Positions 37,282-45,858 of a stretch of 64,000 bases of DNA are shown here, piece after piece. The position numbers were made by a program, and so were the translations under genes. The DNA is taken from NCBI GenBank assembly GCA_016195025.1, contig JACQAL010000002.1:6477-70476 (forward strand), written 5' to 3'. Position 1 is the stretch's first letter. Every line of letters begins with the position of its first letter. The notes below the pieces were generated by a model. That model ran no database searches. It was given only the letters and a program-made list of their open reading frames with translations, and had not been told where the DNA came from. This DNA comes from Bacteroidota bacterium (lineage in GTDB: Bacteria > Bacteroidota > Bacteroidia > Palsa-948).

Positions 37282-37731
37282 TTATTTGTACTCAGGAAAA
37301 TCTTTTAGAAATAAATGCTTTCCCTGTTCATAGTTCATTTCGCAGCAATAATGTTTCAAGCCGTTTGTTACCGCCAAAAATTTTGTTCTGAGTTTATTCG
37401 ATATATTGTAAACGGCAACCTGATTAAAAGTTTCCTGAGAAATTTTTACATCGGGTTTTTTGCATTCCACAATCATCCACACATTTCCTTTCCGGTTGTG
37501 AATTTTTATGTCGCTTCGCTTTTGAAGTTTGTTGTACTTCAATCCTGTTTCAACGGCAATAAGCGAAGCAGGATATTTTTTTTCTTCAATTAAATACTGA
37601 ATAAAATTCTGGCGCACCCATTCTTCGGGTGTGAGAGCGACAAACTTTTTGCGAATCGCATCAAAGATTTGATTTCCTTTTTCACCTTGTCGAATTCGAA
37701 AAGAATATTCGGGAAGATTTAATTTTAACAT
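37282..37731 (-). CDS. Stand-alone protein resembling the type I restriction enzyme HsdR N-terminal domain
   Basis: 149 aa. 'EEWVRQNFIQYLIEEKKYPASLIAVETGLKYNKLQKRSDIKIHNRKGNVWMIVECKKP' fits the HSDR_N fold pattern (E...R.DI...P...IE.K), which is common as a solo roughly 150 aa protein in Bacteroidota. Confidence 0.6.
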   Translation of the reverse strand: MLKLNLPEYSFRIRQGEKGNQIFDAIRKKFVALTPEEWVRQNFIQYLIEEKKYPASLIAVETGLKYNKLQKRSDIKIHNRKGNVWMIVECKKPDVKISQETFNQVAVYNISNKLRTKFLAVTNGLKHYCCEMNYEQGKHLFLKDFPEYK

Positions 37732-37829
37732 CTACTAAATACTAATTTTTACTAATGTACTAATTTACGAATCAGCGCACGGCTGTTTTGTCTAATTCGT
37801 AAATTCGTATTAATTAGTATTTAGTAGAT
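37730..37829. promoter_or_regulatory. Divergent promoter region with an 18 bp perfect inverted repeat, each arm directly abutting a start codon
   Basis: 'ATCTACTAAATACTAATT' at 37730-37747 is the reverse complement of 37812-37829 'AATTAGTATTTAGTAGAT'. The ATG of the 37282-37731 gene (minus) and the ATG of holA (37830) follow the arms immediately. The inner sequence 'tactaatttacgaat'/'attcgtaaattcgta' extends the imperfect palindrome. Confidence 0.5.
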
Positions 37830-38927
37830 ATGGATTTTGACAAAATAATATCCGACCTCAAGAACAAAGTTTACCATCCCGTTTATTTTTTAATGGGCGA
37901 GGAGCCGTTCTTTATTGATGAAGTTTCAAATTACATAGAGAAAAATATTCTGGATGATTCCGAAAAAGAATTCAACCAGACAGTTTTATACGGAGGCGAG
38001 ACAAACATTCTGCAGGTCATCGGCGAAGCCAAGAGTTATCCCATGATGAGCAATTACCGCGTGGTGATTATCAAGGAAGCGCAGAACATGAAAGACCTTG
38101 TGCCGAAGGAAAAATCAGACCCCTCTCCATCTCTCCCCAAAGGGGAGAGGGTTGAGCGCGCAAACTCCTCCCCTTCGGGGAGGTCGGGTGGGGTTGTTCA
38201 TCCGCTAGAAAATTATCTCGACAATCCCCAAAAGACAACCATTCTTGTTTTCTGCCATAAGTACAAAACCATTGACATGCGCACAGGGTTCGCAAAAAAT
38301 CTTTCCAAGCGCGCAGTGGTTTTGAAATCGGATACGCTTTACGATTACAAAGTGCCGAAGTGGATTGAAGAATTTATAGCGGATAAAAAATATTCCATTG
38401 AGCCGCGTGCGAGCCAACTGCTCACGGAATTTCTTGGAAATGATTTGAGCAAGATTGCCAACGAACTTGAAAAACTTTTCTTAAACATTCCTGAGAAAAG
38501 CAAAATTACTTCCGACCACATTCAAAAATACATCGGCATCAGCAAGGAGTACAACAATTTTGAATTGCAGGATGCCATTGGGAAAAAAGATTCGCTGAAA
38601 GCAAACCGCATCATCAATTATTTTTCTGCCAATACAAAGGATAATCCCATGGTGGTAACGGTTGCTTCGCTGGCAGGGTATTTCAGCAAGATGCTGCTGT
38701 ATCATATGGTAAAAGGAAAACCGCAGAATGAAATTGCAGCAACTCTCAAAGTGCCTCCGTTTTTTGTGAAGGATTATGCATCGGCTTCAAATAATTATCC
38801 TCCCGGAAAAATTTTCAGCGCCATTTCTCTCCTCCGCGAATACGATATGAAATCAAAGGGCTATGAAAATTCAAACATAGATGAAGGAGAACTGATGAAA
38901 GAAATGGTGTATAAAATAATGCATTGA
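37830..38927 (+). CDS. holA: DNA polymerase III delta subunit, carrying an in-frame GC-rich insert
   Basis: 365 aa. 'VYHPVYFLMGEEPFFIDEVSNYIEKNIL...VLYGGETNILQVIGEAKSYPMMSNYRVVIIKEAQNMKD' is the delta-subunit N-terminal clamp-loader fold. Residues about 95-125 ('SDPSPSLPKGERVERANSSPSGRSGGVVHP') are the inserted element. Confidence 0.8.
   Translation: MDFDKIISDLKNKVYHPVYFLMGEEPFFIDEVSNYIEKNILDDSEKEFNQTVLYGGETNILQVIGEAKSYPMMSNYRVVIIKEAQNMKDLVPKEKSDPSPSLPKGERVERANSSPSGRSGGVVHPLENYLDNPQKTTILVFCHKYKTIDMRTGFAKNLSKRAVVLKSDTLYDYKVPKWIEEFIADKKYSIEPRASQLLTEFLGNDLSKIANELEKLFLNIPEKSKITSDHIQKYIGISKEYNNFELQDAIGKKDSLKANRIINYFSANTKDNPMVVTVASLAGYFSKMLLYHMVKGKPQNEIAATLKVPPFFVKDYASASNNYPPGKIFSAISLLREYDMKSKGYENSNIDEGELMKEMVYKIMH
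38120..38183 (+). repeat. GC-rich double-hairpin element sitting in-frame inside holA
   Basis: 'CTCTCCCCaaaGGGGAGAG' (38131-38149) and 'CCTCCCCttcGGGGAGG' (38167-38183), with 'cccctctcc' also at 38120-38128. There is no stop codon. Confidence 0.6.
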
Positions 38928-39194
38928 AAATTTTTTATTCGAAAAAATTATACGCTTTTTCCAGATACTTTGTTTTCAGCGCAGCAATGCGGTTGCTGCC
39001 GAAAATACTTGACGGACTCGCAAAAATTCCCTGCAGAAGCGGAAAAACCCCGCACGGAATTGCTGAATAAACAGACGGGATGCCTGAATGAACGCGCGGG
39101 ACTTCAAAAAGAAGTTCAAGTTATTGATGAATCCCGCACCTGCATTTAAAATGAACACGCGGGAGGGCAGAAAAAATTTGCGTTATGTATGCGG

Positions 39195-39340
39195 AAACAT
39201 TCCCTTATGCAGCAGGAAGTTTTAGTAGTTGCACAGCAAGTTTTAGTTGAGCGCGCCAAACATTGCCTTATGCAGCAGGAAGTTTTAGCAGTTATACAGC
39301 AAGTTTTATTTCAACCTGCCGAACATTGCTTGCTGCGCGC
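39195..39340. repeat. Tandem direct repeat of about 63 nt (about 2.5 copies) with an internal periodicity of about 21 nt, inside a 530 bp intergenic region
   Basis: Unit 1 is 'AAACATTCCCTTATGCAGCAGGAAGTTTTAGTAGTTGCACAGCAAGTTTTAGTTGAGCGCGCC'. Unit 2 is 'AAACATTGCCTTATGCAGCAGGAAGTTTTAGCAGTTATACAGCAAGTTTTATTTCAACCTGCCG'. Unit 3 is partial. The sub-motif 'GCAGCA(G)GAAGTTTTAG' recurs four times. Confidence 0.8.
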
Positions 39341-39456
39341 CAAAGGAAAATTTTTTTCTGAAAATGTCAACTTCAGGCAAAAGGGTGCTTCGCCCTTCGG
39401 AATAATTTTTCTTTCGCTATTCCCATATCTCAATTATTTTTGCAGAAAAAAACAGG

Positions 39457-39858
39457 ATGAATTATTTCCTCGTCAAATCCGAACCCGAAACGTATTCATG
39501 GGAACAATTTGCCAAAGACGGCAAAACCATGTGGGAAGGCGTGCGCAACTTTGCCGCGAGAAAAAATTTACGCTCTATGAAAAAAGATGATTTGGTTTTG
39601 TTCTATCACAGCGGAGAAGATAAATGCGTGAAAGGAATTGCAAAAGTTACCAGAGAATTTTACCAAGACCCCACCACAAAAGAAGATTGGTCGGTGGTTG
39701 ACCTTGCTTCTGAAAAACCGCTGAAGAAACCCGTTACGCTGGCGCAAATAAAAGCAGAAAAAAAATTGCAGAACATTTATCTGGTGAGACAAGGAAGATT
39801 ATCCGTTATGCCGCTTGGCAAAGAAGAGTTTGAACTTATCGTTCGCATGGGAAGTTGA
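39457..39858 (+). CDS. EVE-domain (PUA-like) protein
   Basis: 133 aa. 'MNYFLVKSEPETYSWEQFAKDGKTMWEGVRNFAARKNLRSMKKDDLVLFYHSGEDKCVKGIAKVTREFYQDP' is the canonical EVE/DUF55 signature. Confidence 0.85.
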   Translation: MNYFLVKSEPETYSWEQFAKDGKTMWEGVRNFAARKNLRSMKKDDLVLFYHSGEDKCVKGIAKVTREFYQDPTTKEDWSVVDLASEKPLKKPVTLAQIKAEKKLQNIYLVRQGRLSVMPLGKEEFELIVRMGS

Positions 39859-39931
39859 AGCCAGTAGGCAATCGGCAGTTGGCAGTAGACAAAAAATTCA
39901 TTCGTACATTCGCAGAAATTCGTATTCGTAG

Positions 39932-40942
39932 ATGACCATTCAGGAAAACATTTCTCTTCGCAAATACAACACCTTCGGCATTGATGTTTCGGCAAAATAT
40001 TTTCTCGAAGCGAATTCTGTTTCTGATGTTCAAAACTATTTAGATGAAAAAAAATCTTCGCCTCTGCTTATCTTGGGCGGAGGAAGCAATATTCTTTTCA
40101 CAAAAAACTTTGACGGAGTTGTTCTGAAAAATAATCTCAAGGGAATTGAACTGCTCAGGGAAGATTCGGAAAATTATTTTGTGAAAGTTGGCGGAGGCGA
40201 GGTGTGGCATGAATTCGTTCTGCACTGCATAAAAAATAATCAGGCGGGCATTGAAAATCTTTCACTCATTCCCGGCTCGATGGGCGCAGCGCCCATTCAG
40301 AACATTGGTGCGTATGGCGTGGAGCAAAAGGAAACTTTTCACGAACTCGAAGCCGTCAATCTTCAGGAAAACAAAAAAGTTATTTTCAAAAATTCCGATT
40401 GTAAATTCGGTTACCGCGACAGTATTTTCAAACGCGAAGCAAAAAATAAATACATCATTACTTCCGTTACTTTCCGCCTGAACAAAAAACCAAAATACAA
40501 TACAAGTTACGGAGCAATCAATCAGGAGTTAGAAAAAATGGGGGTGAAAAAACTTTCCATCGCTGCCATTTCTCAGGCGGTGATTACTATCCGCAGAAGC
40601 AAACTGCCCGACCCTGCAATGATTGGCAATGCAGGAAGTTTTTTTAAAAATCCAATCGTTTCGAATGAGAAATATGAATTGCTGAAGAAAGAATTTCCGG
40701 CTATTGTCGCCTATAAAAACTCCAATAGCGAAATGAAATTGGCTGCCGGCTGGCTCGTTGAACAATGCGGATGGAAAGGAAAACGGTTCAACGCTCATGG
40801 CGTTCACAAAGACCAGGCATTGGTGCTGGTGAATTATGGAAACGCAAACGGAAATGATATTTATGAACTCTCGGAAAAAATTTTGCAATCAGTGAAAGAA
40901 AAATTCGGAGTAATGCTCGAAAGAGAAGTAGTAATCGTATAA
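39932..40942 (+). CDS. murB: UDP-N-acetylenolpyruvoylglucosamine reductase
   Basis: 336 aa. 'NISLRKYNTFGIDVSAKYFLEANSVSDVQNYL...LLILGGGSNILFTKNFDGVVLKN', then 'GIENLSLIPGSMGAAPIQNIGAYGVE': FAD-binding and MurB C-terminal motifs. Confidence 0.9.
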   Translation: MTIQENISLRKYNTFGIDVSAKYFLEANSVSDVQNYLDEKKSSPLLILGGGSNILFTKNFDGVVLKNNLKGIELLREDSENYFVKVGGGEVWHEFVLHCIKNNQAGIENLSLIPGSMGAAPIQNIGAYGVEQKETFHELEAVNLQENKKVIFKNSDCKFGYRDSIFKREAKNKYIITSVTFRLNKKPKYNTSYGAINQELEKMGVKKLSIAAISQAVITIRRSKLPDPAMIGNAGSFFKNPIVSNEKYELLKKEFPAIVAYKNSNSEMKLAAGWLVEQCGWKGKRFNAHGVHKDQALVLVNYGNANGNDIYELSEKILQSVKEKFGVMLEREVVIV

Positions 40943-41721
40943 TGATATTCAGCAAGCAGGTTGAACTTGGTTTTCGCTCTTACTTCAATGCCATCGGATT
41001 TATTTTTTCGAAAGGTTTGTGGTGGGCATTCTTCATTCCGCTCCTGCTGAATATTCTTTTATTCATAGGAGGATATTCACTGATTGAAAATCTTACAACT
41101 CATGTGCAGGATTGGTTAAAAGGAATTTTAGGATTGGACAGCGATTCTTTTTTCCTCTCGAAATATCTTGGCGTGTTTATCGCAGGATTTGTATGGATTT
41201 TTTTCCGCGTGCTTTTCTTTTTTGTGTTTGCTTATTACGGAGGATACATTATTTTGATTTTACTTTCGCCTTTGTTCGCGTACCTCTCTGCGAAGACCGA
41301 AGAAATCATCAGCGGAAAAAAATATCCCTTCGATGGCGACCAATGGATGCGCGACATGGTGCGCGGAATTTTAATTGTGCTGCGGAATCTTTTCATTCAA
41401 ACGGGCTGGATTATTTTAATGTTCGTTGCAGGATTTATTCCGGTGGTTGGATGGTTTTCGGCAATTGTTTTATTTCTTGTCTCCGCCTACTTCTACGGGT
41501 TTTCTTTTATTGATTACACCAGCGAAAGAAGAAAATTAAAAATCCATGAGAGCATTCAGTTTGTGCGCGCGAATAAATGGCTGGCAATTTCCAACGGATT
41601 TATTTTTTGCCTTTTTCTTCTTCTTCCGTTCTGTGGAATTTTATTCTCAGGGTTTGCGGCAATTGTTGCAGTGGTAGCGGCAACACTGGCTGTAAATGAA
41701 ATTTCTCCGGGCAGGGAATAG
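40942..41721 (+). CDS. EI24/CysZ-family integral membrane protein
   Basis: 259 aa, multi-TM. The N-terminus 'FRSYFNAIGFIFSKGLWWAFFIPLLLNILLFIGGYSL' parallels E. coli CysZ '[35 protein letters not shown]'. Its start overlaps the murB stop (TAATG). Confidence 0.55.
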   Translation: MIFSKQVELGFRSYFNAIGFIFSKGLWWAFFIPLLLNILLFIGGYSLIENLTTHVQDWLKGILGLDSDSFFLSKYLGVFIAGFVWIFFRVLFFFVFAYYGGYIILILLSPLFAYLSAKTEEIISGKKYPFDGDQWMRDMVRGILIVLRNLFIQTGWIILMFVAGFIPVVGWFSAIVLFLVSAYFYGFSFIDYTSERRKLKIHESIQFVRANKWLAISNGFIFCLFLLLPFCGILFSGFAAIVAVVAATLAVNEISPGRE

Positions 41722-41754
41722 TTCTTTAGAATAATTTACATTTGAATCCTTTTT

Positions 41755-42510
41755 ATGAAAAAATCTTCTCTGAGAATTTCTGCCGTATCCTATATAAACG
41801 CAAAGCCGTTTGTGTATGGAATTGAGCAAGGCGGGTTTCTGAAAAATTATTCTCTTTCACTCGATATTCCTTCTTTATGTGCCGATAAATTAATGAAAGA
41901 TAAAGTGGACATCGGGCTTGCACCTATAGCCGTTATTCCCCATTTGAAAAAATATTTTCTCTTTCCTGATTTCTGCATTGGCGCAAATGGTCCCGTGCGC
42001 TCGGTGATGCTCTACAGCGAAGCTCCGTTGAATGAAATAAAAAGAATTCATCTCGATAATCAATCGCGAACATCCGTTATGCTGCTGCAAATTCTGGCAA
42101 AACATTTCTGGAAAATTTCTCCTCAGTGGATTCAGGCGAAAGACGGCTATGAAAAAAATATTAACGGAAATGTTGCGGGATTAATTATTGGCGACCGGAA
42201 TTTTTCTTTCACAAAAAAATTTCAATATGCATTTGACTTATCCGAACAATGGAAATTATTCACCGGTCTTCCGTTTGTTTTTGCCTGCTGGATTTCAAAT
42301 AAAAAATTAGATGCGCAGCATGAAATTTCATTTTACAAATCCATGAAGTTCGGGCTGGAGCAGAAAGAAAAAGTAATTGAGCAATTAGACAAAGAGTTCG
42401 ATAAAAAAATAATGAGCGATTACCTGAACGAGTATATCATCTATTCTCTTGACCAGCCCAAAAGAATTGCCATGAATTTATTTCTGAAACTTTGCGCTAC
42501 CATTCGTTGA
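41755..42510 (+). CDS. mqnA: Chorismate dehydratase of the futalosine menaquinone pathway (MqnA family)
   Basis: 251 aa. 'LRISAVSYINAKPFVYGIEQG...VDIGLAPIAVIP...FCIGANGPVRSVMLYSEAPLNEIKRIHLDNQSRTSVMLLQIL' fits the MqnA/DUF178 periplasmic-binding-like fold. Confidence 0.75.
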   Translation: MKKSSLRISAVSYINAKPFVYGIEQGGFLKNYSLSLDIPSLCADKLMKDKVDIGLAPIAVIPHLKKYFLFPDFCIGANGPVRSVMLYSEAPLNEIKRIHLDNQSRTSVMLLQILAKHFWKISPQWIQAKDGYEKNINGNVAGLIIGDRNFSFTKKFQYAFDLSEQWKLFTGLPFVFACWISNKKLDAQHEISFYKSMKFGLEQKEKVIEQLDKEFDKKIMSDYLNEYIIYSLDQPKRIAMNLFLKLCATIR

Positions 42511-42589
42511 AAAATATTCTTTTTGGCTTTTAAATTCTATTCGTTATGTTTGCATCGTTAAAAAAATCCATGAACTAATTCGCATTGCT

Positions 42590-44230
42590 ATGAAAAAAAA
42601 TATTTTACTTATCGGTGTTATTTCAATTGTCATACTGAGCGGAGTCGAAGTATCCTTTTCTCAAAAAGGAGATGGCGGAAATGTTTTCAAAAAAGGGACC
42701 GATGAATATAAAATGTTCATGGCGAAGCAGGATTTTTTCGGAGGCGATTACCGCTCGGCTCTCAATAAATTTAAGGAAGTGGAAAAGAACCGCCCGAACG
42801 ATGGCAACATTCATTTCTGGATTGGCAACTGCTATTACATGATGAAAACCTATCAGGATGCGGTGGATGAATTGGAAAAAGCAAAATCACTCGACCCTAA
42901 TGCTTCTTCCGAATTAAGCTTGGCGCTCGGCAAGGCGTATCACGCGCGCGGCATGATTGACAAAGCGCTCGAAGAACTGAATGCTTACCGCAAAACCGTT
43001 GCCGACAGTCCCAAAAAAATTTCCGAGAGCGAAGTGGATGTGGAAATTGCGCAGTGCAACGTTGCAAAAGAAATGATGGCGCATCCGGTAAATGCCAAAC
43101 TTTCTTTTCTGATAGACCTCAATTCGCAATACGATGACAAAGGTCCCGTGCTTACCGGAGGCGACAAGGTGATGATTTTTACTTCGCGCAGGCCCGAAGG
43201 CGATAAATCAAAAACTGACAAGGAAGGCGATTACGGATATTTCGACAACGTGTATGAAAGTTTCTGGAGCGATGAAAAGAAAACCTGGCTGGCGGGTGAT
43301 TTAATTCGTGGTCCTATTAATTTGGATGGCGGCTATAATTCTGTTACGAGCATTTCTTCCGATGGAAATCAAATGTTCATTTACCGCAACCATGTTACCG
43401 AAGCGCACGGAGGAGAAATTTTTGTTTCCAAAAAAGCCACTTCCGGAAAATGGAAAACGCCCGAAATTCTTCTCAAGCCCGTTAATACGAGTTACTACGA
43501 AGATGCGGCAGTGCTTTCGCCCGATGGAAACACACTTTATTTTGTGAGCGAGCGACCGGGCGGATTAGGACAAGGAGATATATGGCTCTCAAAAAAAATG
43601 CCGGAAGGATGGGCAGAGCCCGTGAATATGGGTGCACCTGTAAATTCTCCCTTCGATGAAAACGGATTATGGCTTGCGCCCGATGGCAAAACACTTTTCT
43701 TCTGCTCGAACGGGCCCAACTCCATTGGCTCTTATGATATTTTTAAAACCACCATGGATGAAAAAGGAAAATGGAGCAACCCGGTAAACATCGGTTATCC
43801 GATTAACAGCGTAGGCATAGAATCAAAATTCGTGATGACTGCCGATAAAAAAACCGCTTACATTGCCACCGTGCGCGACAGCGGGCTGGGCGAACGCGAT
43901 ATTATTATGGTAGATATTTCCAATTACGATGTGATGAGCGGAGTGAGCAAGCCACTTTTGCAGACGGCTTCGCTTGCCGGAAAAATTACAGGTGCCGACA
44001 GCACACACAAAGCATTGCCTGCCGAAATTCGGATTCTTGACAAAGCCACCGGCATGCAAAGCGCCATGACTAAATCGGGAGAAGATGGTTCTTACATCAT
44101 TGATTTTCCTTGCAGTAAGCCCTGCCTTATAGAAGTTTCCTCAGAAGGATACCAGAAATTCTCGGAAGAAATTTCGCTGCCTGCCGGAAAAACCGAAACA
44201 AAAAATATTACGCTTTCGAAAAGCCAATAG
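42590..44230 (+). CDS. Secreted TPR-repeat / TolB-like (PD40 beta-propeller) protein
   Basis: 546 aa with a signal peptide. The N-terminal TPR is 'ALNKFKEVEKNRPNDGNIHFWIGNCYYMMKTYQDAVDELEKA'. There are repeated 'SPDGxxLYF/IxSxR...G..DI' PD40 motifs. Confidence 0.6.
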   Translation: MKKNILLIGVISIVILSGVEVSFSQKGDGGNVFKKGTDEYKMFMAKQDFFGGDYRSALNKFKEVEKNRPNDGNIHFWIGNCYYMMKTYQDAVDELEKAKSLDPNASSELSLALGKAYHARGMIDKALEELNAYRKTVADSPKKISESEVDVEIAQCNVAKEMMAHPVNAKLSFLIDLNSQYDDKGPVLTGGDKVMIFTSRRPEGDKSKTDKEGDYGYFDNVYESFWSDEKKTWLAGDLIRGPINLDGGYNSVTSISSDGNQMFIYRNHVTEAHGGEIFVSKKATSGKWKTPEILLKPVNTSYYEDAAVLSPDGNTLYFVSERPGGLGQGDIWLSKKMPEGWAEPVNMGAPVNSPFDENGLWLAPDGKTLFFCSNGPNSIGSYDIFKTTMDEKGKWSNPVNIGYPINSVGIESKFVMTADKKTAYIATVRDSGLGERDIIMVDISNYDVMSGVSKPLLQTASLAGKITGADSTHKALPAEIRILDKATGMQSAMTKSGEDGSYIIDFPCSKPCLIEVSSEGYQKFSEEISLPAGKTETKNITLSKSQ

Positions 44231-44340
44231 AGAAAGAATCGGATTTCTCTGCCGGAAAATGAAATTTCCATTTTGCTATTCAGATATTTTACTTACTTTC
44301 GCCCTCCGTTTTAACAAACACATAAACATAAAAATTAAAA

Positions 44341-44874
44341 ATGCCTGCAATCATTCGCCTCTCGCGCCATGGAAAAAAAGGACAAGCGTTCTATCACATT
44401 GTGGTAGCCGACAAACGCTTTCCGCGTGATGCCCGCTTCATTGAAAAAATAGGAACCTATAACCCGCGCACCAATCCTGAAACGGTGGTATTGAAATTCG
44501 ACCGCGCCATTGAATGGCTTCATAAAGGCGCCAAGCCATCGGATACTATGCGCTCCATTTTTTCAAGGCAGGGAGTGTTGTTTAAATCCCATTTGCTCAA
44601 AGGCGTGAAAAAAGGAGTTCTTACGCAGGAGCAGGCAGATGCAAAGTTTGCCAAATGGGTTTCTGAAAACGAAGCCAAAGTGAGCGGAAAAAAATCATCC
44701 TCTGAATCTTCTAAGCGTGATGCGTATAAAAAGCGCATGGCAACAGAGCAATCTGCCCGTGAAAGTCGTAGTGCAAAGCGCAAAGCGAAAGAGGCAGCCA
44801 GCATTTCTGCCGCAGAAACGCCTGTTGCTGCCGAAACTCCTTCATCGGAAACTACTGGAGAGCCAAAGGCATAG
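44341..44874 (+). CDS. rpsP: 30S ribosomal protein S16, with the long Lys/Ala/Glu-rich C-terminal extension typical of Bacteroidota
   Basis: 'MPAIIRLSRHGKKGQAFYHIVVADKRFPRDARFIEKIGTYNPRTNPETVVLKFDRAIEWLHKGAKPSDT' is the S16 core. Confidence 0.9.
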   Translation: MPAIIRLSRHGKKGQAFYHIVVADKRFPRDARFIEKIGTYNPRTNPETVVLKFDRAIEWLHKGAKPSDTMRSIFSRQGVLFKSHLLKGVKKGVLTQEQADAKFAKWVSENEAKVSGKKSSSESSKRDAYKKRMATEQSARESRSAKRKAKEAASISAAETPVAAETPSSETTGEPKA

Positions 44875-45002
44875 TTTCTCTTTACTTCTTTGGAGTTTTT
44901 CTCAGGTTTACTTCTTGTAACTATTTTATAGTTATTTTCGTATTAAGTCGAAAAGAGGGATTGGTACGCTTCTTTTCTTCTTTTATCCCAGGAAAAAAAT
45001 GT

Positions 45003-45710
45003 ATGCCGAAAACTACTTTTGCATTCAAGGAATTTGTTGTCCGTCAGGACAAATGCCCGATGAAAATCAGCACAGATTCTGTTTTGATTGGCGCGTGGGT
45101 GGATAGCGGCAAGGCAAAAAAAATTTTAGACATAGGCACCGGCACCGGAGTTATTTCATTGATGCTTGCCCAGCGCTCTTCCGCACAAATTGATGCCATA
45201 GATATTGATGCCAATTCCTGCAAGCAGGCAGAAATAAATTTTTCCCAATCGAAATGGAAAGAGCGGCTGCAGGCGCATCATTCTTCCTTGCAGGAATTTT
45301 TCCCGAAAGAAAAATATGACATCATCGTGAGCAATCCTCCGTATTTTCCCTGCCCGTTATCGCACGAGAAAAAAGAAGGCGCACAGGCGCGTTTTCGCCA
45401 TAAATTATCTTTTGTTGAACTGGCTGAAAATGTTTTGCGGCTGCTTGCTTCCAAAGGAAGTTTCTATGTAATTTTTCCCGTGCACGAAGGCGCTTATTTT
45501 ACCAACGAAGCGGAAAAAAGAAATCTCTTTCTTACCAATTATATGTGGGTGAAAACTACTTCCCGGAAAAAATTTCCCAAACGCATTCTCATGCGTTTTG
45601 AATTTTTCAAAAAAGAAATTCAAGATGATAATCTGCTCGTTATTCAAAGTGAAAACAATTTTACGAGTGATTACAAACAATTAACCAAAGAATTCTATTT
45701 GCATTTTTGA
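45003..45710 (+). CDS. trmN6: tRNA1(Val) (adenine37-N6)-methyltransferase (YfiC/TrmN6-like); an alternative TTG start lies at 44961
   Basis: 'FAFKEFVVRQDKCPMKISTDSVLIGAWV...ILDIGTGTGVISLMLAQRS...YDIIVSNPPYF...' parallels E. coli YfiC block by block, including the NPPY motif and the C-terminal '...FYL'. Confidence 0.8.
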   Translation: MPKTTFAFKEFVVRQDKCPMKISTDSVLIGAWVDSGKAKKILDIGTGTGVISLMLAQRSSAQIDAIDIDANSCKQAEINFSQSKWKERLQAHHSSLQEFFPKEKYDIIVSNPPYFPCPLSHEKKEGAQARFRHKLSFVELAENVLRLLASKGSFYVIFPVHEGAYFTNEAEKRNLFLTNYMWVKTTSRKKFPKRILMRFEFFKKEIQDDNLLVIQSENNFTSDYKQLTKEFYLHF

Positions 45711-45858
45711 TTTCCTTCTTTTCAGTACGAAAGAAAAAAAATATTTACTCCCGTAAAAACTTGTATATCTTCGCCAAAATTAAGATTAAGGATTAAGGAA
45801 TTACGATGTAGGATTTTTAAATTCCAAATCCTTAATCTAAAATCCTAAATTTATTTTT

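Noticed and set aside
39189-39590. ORF-track CDS 'MRKHSLMQQEVLVVAQQVLVERAKHCLMQQEVLAVIQQVL...'
   Set aside because: It is simply the translation of the 63 nt tandem repeat, giving a periodic low-complexity peptide. It has no start context and runs into the EVE gene in another frame.
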